A stretch of DNA of 64,000 bases from Candidatus Ryanbacteria bacterium CG10_big_fil_rev_8_21_14_0_10_43_42 (lineage in GTDB: Bacteria; Patescibacteriota; Minisyncoccia; Ryanbacterales; 2-02-FULL-48-12), in contig PFEF01000006.1 of the NCBI GenBank assembly GCA_002793915.1, positions 97,368 to 161,367 of the forward strand. Direction: 5' to 3'. The notes under the pieces are model-generated. The model worked only from the letters and a program-made list of their open reading frames with translations. It did no database searches and was not told where the DNA came from. The position numbers and the translations under genes are program-made. Positions within the stretch are counted from its first letter, which is position 1; each line of letters begins with the position of its first letter. Positions 40,847 through 49,956 of the stretch are shown here, piece after piece.

Positions 40847-41167
40847 ATGAATGAACAAGACATTCAAAAGCTTATAGGCGCGATGAAAGAGGTTTTTCCT
40901 ACCGCCGAGATGGTACAAACCGGCTTTACGGAAGCATCAACAGACTGCCAAACCATGAAAACTGATATCGCGGAAGTACGCGCCGATCTCGGACACCTTA
41001 CCAGTACCGTTGAAGACCTACGCGAACGTGTCGCAGTTATGCCAACCACGCATGATATGGAAGCCATTCTAGAACGAACTTACGGTTTCAATCAGATGAA
41101 AGCCGAACATAAGAGTATTAAACATGCAAGTAAAATAAATATATGCCCACTTGGATTATATTTGTAA
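40847..41167 (+). CDS. hypothetical protein
   Basis: 106 aa ORF in an A+T-rich stretch with no family recognised. Confidence 0.3.
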   Translation: MNEQDIQKLIGAMKEVFPTAEMVQTGFTEASTDCQTMKTDIAEVRADLGHLTSTVEDLRERVAVMPTTHDMEAILERTYGFNQMKAEHKSIKHASKINICPLGLYL

Positions 41168-41478
41168 AAATATTTGATATTATAACGATCCTTCTAGTAT
41201 CTGCATCTGTCGTTTGGCTTTTCGCTACTTATAATGAAGAATTTTCGAGGACCCCATTCTTTTTAGGGATCTTTGTTCTGGCGGCTAGAGGGTTGGTGGT
41301 TGGATCTCTATATTATAGGGATATAAGAAAAACTTGGAACAAAAGTGTTTTCGATGCAATTGCGAGCACTATTCTTATTCTCCGATTCCCTTTCTATTCC
41401 AATGTATATTTCCGGGAGCGAGAGAAAGATTTGAAGAATCGGAGTTCTGTTAAATCAGAAGATTCATACGGGCTATAA
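41143..41478 (+). CDS. hypothetical membrane protein
   Basis: 111 aa with three predicted transmembrane helices. Overlaps the previous ORF. Confidence 0.3.
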   Translation: MPTWIIFVKIFDIITILLVSASVVWLFATYNEEFSRTPFFLGIFVLAARGLVVGSLYYRDIRKTWNKSVFDAIASTILILRFPFYSNVYFREREKDLKNRSSVKSEDSYGL

Positions 41479-41594
41479 TAAACCTCATACTTTTGTATAT
41501 GAAATATGACATCATATCTCTAACTTTCTTCTTAACCAACTTTTAAAATTTGCCGACAAAATGAGTGGTGTAATTTCTAATCGCCCAAAACACT

Positions 41595-41630
41595 GAAAAA
41601 AGAGCCGTGCAATACGGCTCTTTTTTTCAA
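41595..41630. terminator. bidirectional rho-independent terminator (A-tract, agagccgt-gcaat-acggctct, T-tract)
   Basis: Read directly in the sequence, between convergent genes. Confidence 0.5.
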
Positions 41631-41707
41631 CAATATCCACACCTGTCTTTGCTCTCACTGCTCAAAAGATGCATTATGGGTGGTTTATGTGAGAAGACAT
41701 GTTTATA

Positions 41708-42445
41708 TTATTTATCTTCCTGTTTCTTTCGGAACGCTTTTACAATTTTCTCGAAATCGCCGGCGATGACATTTTCGATGTCGTGCCAATTTTTCTTGAT
41801 GCGGTGATCGGTTATACGATCCTGCATAAAGTTATAGGTGCGGATTTTTTCAGAACGGTCTCCCGTACCTATTTGGTCTTTGCGGCTTTGCGCCACGTCA
41901 CCAACATTTTTACGCTGTTCCTCCTCGTATACCTTTGCGCGCAATATGCCCATAGCACGTTCACGATTTTGGGTCTGTGACCGCTCCGCTTGAGAACGAA
42001 CTATAATGCCGGTAGGTTTATGTAAAATACGTACCGCTGTTTCCACCTTATTTACATTCTGGCCGCCCGCTCCTCCGGCACGTGAAAAAGTGACCTCAAT
42101 ATCTTCGGGCTTAATATCCATTTCCGCCTGTTCCACTTCGGGGAGTACGGCCACCGATATGGTTGAGGTATGTACGCGTCCCGATTTTTCCGTTTTGGGA
42201 ACGCGTTGTACTCGGTGCACGCCCGATTCATGTTTAAAATCTTCGTATACATTCTCGCCTCGAATAGCGAACACCACTTCTTTGTATCCGCCAAGGTCAT
42301 TGCCGGATTCATCAATTTTAGTAAGTTTCCATCCTTTTTTTTCGGCATGACGCATGTACATCTGCGCTAATTCGTATGCAAAAAGAGCGGCCTCGTTTCC
42401 GCCGGCGCCGGCACGAATTTCCATAATAATAGAGTTGCGTGTCAT
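41708..42445 (-). CDS. prfA: peptide chain release factor, RF1-like (PxT motif PKT), lacking the N-terminal domain 1
   Basis: GGQ motif ([11 protein letters not shown]), PKT tripeptide and an RF1-like C-terminus ([12 protein letters not shown]). Only 245 aa. The start is 50 nt from the rpmE stop, so no room exists for an N-domain. Confidence 0.75.
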   Translation of the reverse strand: MTRNSIIMEIRAGAGGNEAALFAYELAQMYMRHAEKKGWKLTKIDESGNDLGGYKEVVFAIRGENVYEDFKHESGVHRVQRVPKTEKSGRVHTSTISVAVLPEVEQAEMDIKPEDIEVTFSRAGGAGGQNVNKVETAVRILHKPTGIIVRSQAERSQTQNRERAMGILRAKVYEEEQRKNVGDVAQSRKDQIGTGDRSEKIRTYNFMQDRITDHRIKKNWHDIENVIAGDFEKIVKAFRKKQEDK

Positions 42446-42495
42446 GAGGGGACAGGGGTTAGATGAGTAGAGGCGGATTAATGTCGAGTGAGAAA

Positions 42496-42744
42496 TTATT
42501 TGCGTACTTTGCGCGCAGTCGTTTTCTTTTCTTTTTGTTTTGCGGCTTTTTCCACTTTAGTGCGGAATTTTTCAACGCGGCCCGCCGTGTCTACCAATTT
42601 TTCTTTTCCGGTGTAAAAGGGATGACAATTACTGCAGATTTCAACGCTTGTGGATTCTTTCGTGGAGCCAACGGAAATAACATTTCCGCATACGCAGGAA
42701 ATTTTTGCACCGGCAAAATATGGTGGATGAATATCCTTTTTCAT
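42496..42744 (-). CDS. rpmE: 50S ribosomal protein L31
   Basis: MKKDIHPPY..., a CxC...CxxCHPFYTG zinc ribbon, 82 aa. Confidence 0.85.
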   Translation of the reverse strand: MKKDIHPPYFAGAKISCVCGNVISVGSTKESTSVEICSNCHPFYTGKEKLVDTAGRVEKFRTKVEKAAKQKEKKTTARKVRK

Positions 42745-42854
42745 GAGTGCTATAATACACCATATGGCTCATTCATGCAAGTATAATGGTCTATTTGCCT
42801 ATGCAGAGCACAAAACTCTTGCGCGTGGCAATGCTCTATGGTAATGTGTTTCTT

Positions 42855-43661
42855 ATGATATCTCCTATAAGCGAGGAAGAGAAAATAGCCGTAAGTCCTG
42901 AGATTTCCGCCATGTTCAAGGCAGGTATGCATATTGGATATGCAAAAACACGTCGTCATCCAAAAATGCGGCCGTTTATTTATGGCACAAAAAATAATGT
43001 TGAGGTTTTTGATCTGCAAAAAGTTCTTCCCAAATTTGAAGAGGCAAAAAATGTTATGCGTACGCTTGCTATGGAGCGAAAAACGATTCTTTTTGTAGCA
43101 ACTAAAGCTTCGGCAAAAGATTGTATTCGCAAAATGGCGATGGAGCTTGGTATGCCGTATGTGGTGGAGAGGTGGCTGGGAGGAACGCTTACCAACTTTA
43201 AAATTATTCTCGAACGCGTGCAGTATTGGCAGGATTTGGAGCGCCAACAGGCGGAAGGAGAATTTAAAAAGTATACAAAACATGAAGCGCTTAAGCTCTC
43301 TCAACAAATTGAAAAGTTTCGATACATGTTTGGCGGGCTTGAAACAATGTCTCGTCTTCCGCATGCTATGGTTGTGATCGATATAAAAGAAGAGGAGCTT
43401 GCAGTTCGGGAAGCCGAGAAAAAAGGCATCCCCATTTTAGCCCTCTCAAATAGCGATACGGATCCTACGCATATTGCTCATGTTATTCCGGCGAATGATA
43501 ATGCTAAAAGCAGTATAGAGTTTGTATGCGAAGCACTTAAAAAGGCCTATCAGGACGGACTTACGAAACAGATTCCGCTTCCTGAAGTTGTTCCGGCTCC
43601 TATTTCCGCGGAAAAAAATGGCGGAAAAGATGTTAAGCCTAAAATTGACACGGCGGCATAA
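42855..43661 (+). CDS. rpsB: 30S ribosomal protein S2
   Basis: AGMHIGYAKTRRHPKM is the S2 signature region. The ORF track begins at 42786, but the ATG at 42855 gives a typical 268 aa S2. Confidence 0.85.
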   Translation: MISPISEEEKIAVSPEISAMFKAGMHIGYAKTRRHPKMRPFIYGTKNNVEVFDLQKVLPKFEEAKNVMRTLAMERKTILFVATKASAKDCIRKMAMELGMPYVVERWLGGTLTNFKIILERVQYWQDLERQQAEGEFKKYTKHEALKLSQQIEKFRYMFGGLETMSRLPHAMVVIDIKEEELAVREAEKKGIPILALSNSDTDPTHIAHVIPANDNAKSSIEFVCEALKKAYQDGLTKQIPLPEVVPAPISAEKNGGKDVKPKIDTAA

Positions 43662-43698
43662 TAAAAATTATTAAGAGACCTTTTAAGATTATGGTATT

Positions 43699-44148
43699 AT
43701 GGTAGACGTAGCAGTACTTAAAGAACTACGTGATCGCACCGATGCGCCGATTAACCGGTGCAAAGAAGCGCTTGAAAAAGCAGAGGGAGATATTCAAAAA
43801 GCGATTATCCTCTTAAGCGAAGAAGGCGTAAAGGTGGCTGCCAAAAAATCCACCCGCGAAACGGGTACGGGTATTGTGGAAGCATATATACACGGTGCCG
43901 GACGTATTGGCGTTCTTCTTGAAATCCGCAGTGAAACGGATTTCGTCGCACGTAACCCGGCATTCAAGCAGGTGGCGCATGATATTGCTATGCATATTGC
44001 CGCTGCAAATCCCGCAACGACGGAGGAAATGAACGAGCAACCCTTTGTAAAGGATGAATCGAAAACGGTTGGCGATGTGATAAAAGAAACCATTGCCCGT
44101 TTTGGAGAAAATATACAGGTCACGCGATTTACCCGGTTTGACGCCTAA
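43699..44148 (+). CDS. tsf: elongation factor Ts (short form)
   Basis: N-terminal UBA-like VLKELRDRTDAPINRCKEAL. 149 aa. Confidence 0.8.
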   Translation: MVDVAVLKELRDRTDAPINRCKEALEKAEGDIQKAIILLSEEGVKVAAKKSTRETGTGIVEAYIHGAGRIGVLLEIRSETDFVARNPAFKQVAHDIAMHIAAANPATTEEMNEQPFVKDESKTVGDVIKETIARFGENIQVTRFTRFDA

Positions 44149-44211
44149 TGCGTTACCCTCGCTTTAGAGTATGTTTGATATCATAATCCGCTCTAGAGAT
44201 ATGATCTTCAT

Positions 44212-44676
44212 ATGATTATTCCGGCTTCTATTATTTTTGGCGTAAGTTTAGTGGGTATCATTGCTCTTTTGGTGCGGCGTATACGAAGTGCGTCATATAT
44301 GAGCGATACCCAATTGCGGTACCTTCTCTTAAAAGAACCGCCTCTTTTTTTGCAAATGGTATATATGGTGCGGCATGGTATTCAGATATTCTGGTATCGT
44401 TATTGTCGCGATATATTATTTGCATTTATTATGAGGCAAATTTCGCGCGTGCGGATTTTTGTCTTGCATATTGAACATAATCTTTTTCGTATGGGCCATA
44501 CAATACGGGAACGTAGTATTAGGCGAAAGCCTTCGGTTTATTGGCGCGATTTGCATGGGTGGCATAAAGCGGCGCGATGGAGTAAAAGAAAAAAGAATGT
44601 TATGAGTGAAAAACGAATTGAGGTGCGTGAATATACGCCGGATGATTTTGCTCCGGTTGAAATAAGCCGTAAATAA
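44212..44676 (+). CDS. doubtful ORF / hypothetical protein upstream of tRNA-Thr
   Basis: 154 aa ORF with an N-terminal hydrophobic segment and otherwise atypical R/H/W-rich composition. It may be non-coding. Confidence 0.2.
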   Translation: MIIPASIIFGVSLVGIIALLVRRIRSASYMSDTQLRYLLLKEPPLFLQMVYMVRHGIQIFWYRYCRDILFAFIMRQISRVRIFVLHIEHNLFRMGHTIRERSIRRKPSVYWRDLHGWHKAARWSKRKKNVMSEKRIEVREYTPDDFAPVEISRK

Positions 44677-44748
44677 GCCACCTTAGCTCAGTGGCAGAGC
44701 AACACTTTTGTAAAGTGAAGGTCCTCGGTTCGAATCCGAGAGGTGGCT
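44677..44748 (+). tRNA. tRNA-Thr (anticodon TGT)
   Basis: Acceptor gccacct/aggtggc is perfect. D-arm gctcagtggcagagc, anticodon loop ttTGTaa, T-loop ttcgaat. Confidence 0.85.
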
Positions 44749-44792
44749 CTATTTTATAGAAAAAGATAAGGAAGATTCCAAGGCGTTGGACG

Positions 44793-44842
44793 CGCGAAGC
44801 GCGTGATGGCTTGAAACTGTCGTGTACGCTCCACGCGCTTCG
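44793..44842. repeat. GC-rich 12 bp perfect inverted repeat (gcgaagcgcgtg ... cacgcgcttcgc) with a 26 nt spacer, just downstream of tRNA-Thr
   Basis: Read directly in the sequence. The local GC content is much higher than the surrounding A+T-rich spacer. Confidence 0.4.
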
Positions 44843-45044
44843 CATGCGCTATGGTCATCATTACGAATTTTTAATAAAGTAAGTTTGAGTAAAGTCATAA
44901 AGAAACGACGCTCATGAAAAATTACGCTAAGAAACAAACACATAAAGGGAAAACGGCATACCGGACACCATCCGTTTTTCGATATAAAAAAACGGTGGAA
45001 TATGGTAAGCTGAAAAAGGCAAAAAATGTAAATCGACCGCATTC

Positions 45045-46448
45045 ATGATGTCTTCTCTTAAATTTGCCTATGCAAGGAAAGATGCCCCTTTACCAAAGGG
45101 GGTTGTTTGTGTGCGCATTACCGAAAAGAAAGAAAATATATTAGTACGATCCCCGGATACGCATGACGTTCTTGAAATCGGCATAGGGAAGGAAGGTGTT
45201 ATAACGAGGCGACGCCTTGTTCTTGCGGCACGGAGAATTATTATATTTGCAAAATCTCAGGCTATTTCTCGTATCGCCATTTCCTTTTCAGATTTTTTAT
45301 TTCCGCAGGTGACTATATCAAAAGAAGAGATTGCGGAACTTATTGCTGTTAATATGGAGATGGCAAATTTTGATTTTGTGGATTATAAAACGAAACCGAA
45401 AAACGGATGGCCGTGGGTTTTGAGTGTGGTGGTTATGGGTGATATTTCTAAAAGTGTCCGGGCGGCGTTTGTTAAAGGAAGTATTATAGGAGAAGAAGTT
45501 AATGCGTGCCGGCACCTCGCGAATATTCCCGGTGGAGAAATGACACCGAAACGTCTTGCGGAGGAAGCAAAAAAAGCCGCAAAGGGTACACCAATACGCG
45601 TAACCGTTTTTGATGAAAAAGAGATAGCGCAAAAAAAGATGGGAGGCATAATAGGGGTTTCCCGCGGTTCGGGTGAAGTACCGCGGTTTATCATCATGGA
45701 GTATGCGCCACCCAACGCAAAAGGAAATCCTATTGTGTATATCGGTAAGGGCGTTACATTTGATACGGGAGGACTTAATTTAAAACCCGCCGATGGCATG
45801 TATGAGATGCATATGGATATGTCGGGAGGGGCGGCTGTTATGCATGCCGTCGTAGCGGCGGCAAAACTGAAATTAAAGCGCCATGTTATCGCCCTTATTC
45901 CTGCGGTGGAAAATATGCCGTCCGGGTCAGGGTATCGTCCGGGAGACGTACTTATATCACTTTCAGGCCGCACTATTGAGGTTCTCAATACGGATGCCGA
46001 AGGGCGTATTATTTTGGCGGACGCCATAACATATGCAAAAAAATATAACCCTTCTCTTATGGTAGATGTAGCCACGCTTACCGGAGCTTCTATGGTGGCG
46101 CTTGGTATGCGGTGCAGTGCTTTATTTACGACAGATGCGCAAACTGAAAACATGATCCGCAAAGCGGGAGAAGAGTCGGGAGATTATGTGTGGCCGCTTC
46201 CGTTATGGGATGAGTATGATGAAGATATTGCCGGCACGTTCGGGGATATTGCGAATACCGGAAAAAATAAGTATGGAGGCGCTATAACGGCTGCTAAGTT
46301 TTTACATGCATTTGCAAAAGATGTCGATTCTCCGTGGGCTCATATTGATATAGCTCCCCGCATGACATCCATTGAAGGGGATTACCTGGCTAAGGGAGCC
46401 GCCGGTGCGCCGGTGCGGTTATTGGTTAAATTACTCGAAACGTATTAG
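45045..46448 (+). CDS. pepA: leucyl aminopeptidase (M17 family)
   Basis: NTDAEGRIILADAITYA signature and metal-binding residues. Confidence 0.85.
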   Translation: MMSSLKFAYARKDAPLPKGVVCVRITEKKENILVRSPDTHDVLEIGIGKEGVITRRRLVLAARRIIIFAKSQAISRIAISFSDFLFPQVTISKEEIAELIAVNMEMANFDFVDYKTKPKNGWPWVLSVVVMGDISKSVRAAFVKGSIIGEEVNACRHLANIPGGEMTPKRLAEEAKKAAKGTPIRVTVFDEKEIAQKKMGGIIGVSRGSGEVPRFIIMEYAPPNAKGNPIVYIGKGVTFDTGGLNLKPADGMYEMHMDMSGGAAVMHAVVAAAKLKLKRHVIALIPAVENMPSGSGYRPGDVLISLSGRTIEVLNTDAEGRIILADAITYAKKYNPSLMVDVATLTGASMVALGMRCSALFTTDAQTENMIRKAGEESGDYVWPLPLWDEYDEDIAGTFGDIANTGKNKYGGAITAAKFLHAFAKDVDSPWAHIDIAPRMTSIEGDYLAKGAAGAPVRLLVKLLETY

Positions 46449-46488
46449 TATTGAAGTATAGTCGAATATAATAAACCAAGTCGGTACT

Positions 46489-46962
46489 ATGAAATTAGTC
46501 AGTAGTGCATTTGAAGACACAACACCTATTCCGCCGGAATATACATGCGACGGGAACAATATAAATCCGCCGCTCTCTATCCAAACCGCACCGCCGGGAA
46601 CAAAGAGTTTTACACTTATCATGAGTGACCCCGATGCTCCGGGAGAAATATGGATTCACTGGACAATGTGGAATATTCCGCCGGATACATCCGAAATAGC
46701 GGCGGGTATTTCTCCAAAAAATGCTTCAATTCCCGGCACGTCCAATATAGCGCGTCATGCCGTTGAGGGGACGACAAGTTTTAATACAAAAGGATACGGC
46801 GGTCCGTGTCCGCCGAGCGGGACTCACCGGTATATATTCCGCCTGTATGCACTCGATATTCCTCTTAATATTCCTCTTACGTCGCGTGTTTTTCAAATAG
46901 AGGAGGCAATGAGGGGGCACGTATTGGGAGATGCTTCTCTTATGGGTACTTATTCCAAGTAA
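46489..46962 (+). CDS. YbhB/YbcL-family (PEBP-like) protein
   Basis: SDPDAPGE...HW and GGPCPPSGTHRY motifs of bacterial PEBP proteins. Confidence 0.8.
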   Translation: MKLVSSAFEDTTPIPPEYTCDGNNINPPLSIQTAPPGTKSFTLIMSDPDAPGEIWIHWTMWNIPPDTSEIAAGISPKNASIPGTSNIARHAVEGTTSFNTKGYGGPCPPSGTHRYIFRLYALDIPLNIPLTSRVFQIEEAMRGHVLGDASLMGTYSK

Positions 46963-46990
46963 GAACAATCTTACCCATTAACAAACATGT

Positions 46991-47788
46991 ATGTTTGAAG
47001 CCATTATACTAGGAACCATACAAGGCGTAACGGAATGGCTTCCAATTAGTTCGGAGGGCATTACAACACTTGTGTACACGGCTCTTACGAAAAATACCGT
47101 ACCTCTTGAGGAAATTATTCGCCTTTCTTTGTTTTTACATGGCGGCACTTTTTTGGCCGCCTTGGTATATTTTTGGAAAGATGTGCGAGACATTATACTG
47201 GCTCTTTTCTGGCGGGAGAAAACGGAGGAAATACATCACCTTGTCCGATTTCTTATTATCGCAACGGGTGTTTCGGGTAGCGTGGGATTGATATTATTTT
47301 CCGGCATTAAAATAGCAAGTGACTGGTTACAGGTGGGCGGGAGTGGTATTACGGGACTTATTGGTATGTTTCTTATTATAACGGGCGTACTTCAGCTTAC
47401 TCAAAAAAAGGAACATAGTAACATACGAGAAACAAGGGACTTGACCATGAAGGATGCTTTAGTGTTGGGTGTTGTGCAGGGATGCGCTGTTCTGCCCGGT
47501 CTTTCCCGTTCCGGTATTACAGTAGCGGCGCTTTTATTTCGATCATACGCCACAGCATCCGCCTTGCGCGTAAGTTTTTTAATGAGTTTACCGATAGTAT
47601 TGGGAGGAAATATTCTTTTAAATAGTAAAGAATTTGCCATTACACCGCCTCTTATGGCAGGTTTTTTTGTTTCGTTTTTCTTTGGATTCCTCACTATTAA
47701 CGGCCTTCTTAAGCTTGCTCAAAAAATAAACTTCGGTTATTTTGCGCTTGGATTTGGCGTACTTGCGTTACTGGCGGCATTTATATAA
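46991..47788 (+). CDS. uppP: undecaprenyl-diphosphatase
   Basis: Its N-terminus (ILGTIQGVTEWLPISSEG) is typical of BacA/UppP, and it has about 8 transmembrane helices. Confidence 0.85.
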   Translation: MFEAIILGTIQGVTEWLPISSEGITTLVYTALTKNTVPLEEIIRLSLFLHGGTFLAALVYFWKDVRDIILALFWREKTEEIHHLVRFLIIATGVSGSVGLILFSGIKIASDWLQVGGSGITGLIGMFLIITGVLQLTQKKEHSNIRETRDLTMKDALVLGVVQGCAVLPGLSRSGITVAALLFRSYATASALRVSFLMSLPIVLGGNILLNSKEFAITPPLMAGFFVSFFFGFLTINGLLKLAQKINFGYFALGFGVLALLAAFI

Positions 47789-47812
47789 AAACACCTCCGG
47801 AGAGGTGTAAAC
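47789..47812. terminator. hairpin acacctc-cggag-aggtgt between convergent genes
   Basis: Read directly in the sequence. Confidence 0.35.
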
Positions 47813-47821
47813 AAGACGATA

Positions 47822-48163
47822 TTACGACATTCTTTTTTCGCGGGCGTGTATAAGTGTTTTGCGCAATGATTCAGTTTGAAGCCCGAATGTCTCACAGAGA
47901 CTCTCGAACGCAAAAGGCCACTCACGTTCTTTCGAGAGTATCCACCGCTCTTCTTCCCAAAAATCAGTCTCACCATTCGGAAGAACAAAATTCTCTATTC
48001 CGTCGGTAAACACCAACCATTTAAACACCAACTCATTGGTCATGAATCCCGATAATTTTTTGTCAGATAAGAGACTTTCAAAACATGGGAAAAATGGAAA
48101 TGAAGTGAGGGGTTCCATCGCTGTGGGGGAGTTGGTAAAGATGGACTCTTTTTGGCATGGCAT
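47822..48163 (-). CDS. hypothetical protein
   Basis: 113 aa ORF with no family recognised. Confidence 0.3.
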   Translation of the reverse strand: MPCQKESIFTNSPTAMEPLTSFPFFPCFESLLSDKKLSGFMTNELVFKWLVFTDGIENFVLPNGETDFWEEERWILSKEREWPFAFESLCETFGLQTESLRKTLIHAREKRMS

Positions 48164-48207
48164 TCTACACCTCCCAAGGATTTCTTTTTTTATAATACAT
48201 CATTAAT

Positions 48208-49956
48208 TTAATTTGTCAATTCATATATGCGAAATGCTTCATTTCCGCGTTTGTTAGCGATGATGCGCGTCGGCATAATGCCGGACGCATGCAATTGATT
48301 CTCAAAATTTCTGCCGACAGGCGTGAGGAATTTTTGCGTTTTAAGGGGTATGCCTTCTGCCGGTATGATAATAATTGTTTTTGTAACACCAACACGGTCA
48401 AATAAATCAGGACCCTGCTCACTAAGAAAACTAAGATACTGGTCAATGGGAATTACAGGCCATGCATGATAAATCTGCAATCTATCTAGTATCCATAACT
48501 GTCCCATACTTTGGATGTTTCGGTCGTATAATATAAGAAGCGGATAAGGTTCTTTCCCTGCGCGTTCCGCTTCAGTAAGAGATTTTTTATGAATTTCGCT
48601 GATGAATGCATACTGTGATTCAAAGGCGAATGCCGGCATGCGCCCGTCCAGTTCTTTTGTGATATACGCATTAAGTTCATTGTATCCCCAGGCATAGTTA
48701 TCGAATCTGCTTTGCGAGAATGTCCATAATTTAGCACCGTAGGGATATGATATTAATTGAGTATTTACTGAATATAGAAATTCAATCAATAAAAACACAC
48801 TAATAATTCCCACACGCATTCCTATGCGGAAGTTAGACTTTCGTATTGCTGTCGAAAGAAAGTAAGCTATGCCAAGCGCCATGAATGGCGTAAGAAATGA
48901 TATGAAGCGAAGGGAGGGGCCGATAAGCCCAATAATTAAAAGGAGAATCCATCCAAATGAAAGAAGTAAAAGGGTATGTTTACGGAGAATTTCTACACAA
49001 TTCTTTTTACATGTAAAAAGAAATCCCATAATACTTACCGCAAACATAGAGAGAAAAATCCAGGAATTAAAACCGATAGTATTAGGAACAAATGACGCAA
49101 GGCGCGCATTTATGGTTGGAAATTGTTCTTTGCCCGGTGCGATCTGCCATACAGCCGGATGTTGTCCAAATATATATGAGAGCTGAAAGTCAAAATGACC
49201 GACGGTCTTCCATAAATGGTAATTGTATAAAAGTACGGGACTAAAAATTATAGTTCCGATTCCGGCACCGATCCATAATTGCCGCGACCATAAATAATCC
49301 CGATGAAACAAAAGGAGATAACTTCCAAATATAGGTATTAGCACAAAAAGCGTATATTTTGTAAGAAAAGCTAATCCAAGAATCGCTCCTAAGACGGTAA
49401 GATATGATTTATTTTCGCGCGCACGAATAAAGACATAGTACGAAAGCAGAAGAAAAAACATAACGTATGCTTCCTGTAAGCCAAGACGGGATATGGTAAC
49501 GGGATTTACCGTAACGGCAAATATGCCGGCCGCAAGAAGACCTGCATCATCATCGTATAGGCGTCGCCCGATAAGATACAGAATGTATACCGATGCTATG
49601 CCCAGAAGAGCAGACGGAAACCGAAACGCAAAATTACGCTCGCCAAACACGGTTATAAATGCATGCTGTACCCAAAATACGAGCGGCGGATGATCATGGA
49701 AAGAAAGCTTTGTCCAGGAAGGTATATCCGGATCAAACCATTCAAGCGGCGTTGTTTGGTCGCCCGCTTCGTCAAAATCCAGAAGCCCCACTGACCGGAA
49801 TGCGTATCCGACTTCATCCGTAAGAGGGTCTCCGGAACTTATGGCGGTAAGGCGTAAAAATGCCGCCAAAAGAAGAATACTTATAAGAATAAGGGTGTGA
49901 TATTTTTTTAGCATGATATATATGGTCAACGATAACATGTATGGTAAAGTAATCAC
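48208..49956 (-). CDS. ArnT/PMT-like glycosyltransferase (GT39/GT83-type, polytopic membrane protein)
   Basis: DEVGYA motif in the first loop, more than 10 transmembrane helices, and a C-terminal soluble domain. Confidence 0.55.
   Translation of the reverse strand: MITLPYMLSLTIYIMLKKYHTLILISILLLAAFLRLTAISSGDPLTDEVGYAFRSVGLLDFDEAGDQTTPLEWFDPDIPSWTKLSFHDHPPLVFWVQHAFITVFGERNFAFRFPSALLGIASVYILYLIGRRLYDDDAGLLAAGIFAVTVNPVTISRLGLQEAYVMFFLLLSYYVFIRARENKSYLTVLGAILGLAFLTKYTLFVLIPIFGSYLLLFHRDYLWSRQLWIGAGIGTIIFSPVLLYNYHLWKTVGHFDFQLSYIFGQHPAVWQIAPGKEQFPTINARLASFVPNTIGFNSWIFLSMFAVSIMGFLFTCKKNCVEILRKHTLLLLSFGWILLLIIGLIGPSLRFISFLTPFMALGIAYFLSTAIRKSNFRIGMRVGIISVFLLIEFLYSVNTQLISYPYGAKLWTFSQSRFDNYAWGYNELNAYITKELDGRMPAFAFESQYAFISEIHKKSLTEAERAGKEPYPLLILYDRNIQSMGQLWILDRLQIYHAWPVIPIDQYLSFLSEQGPDLFDRVGVTKTIIIIPAEGIPLKTQKFLTPVGRNFENQLHASGIMPTRIIANKRGNEAFRIYELTN

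Noticed and set aside
45383-46162. 259 aa minus-strand ORF.
   Set aside because: It is antisense to pepA, with alanine- and proline-rich mirror composition.
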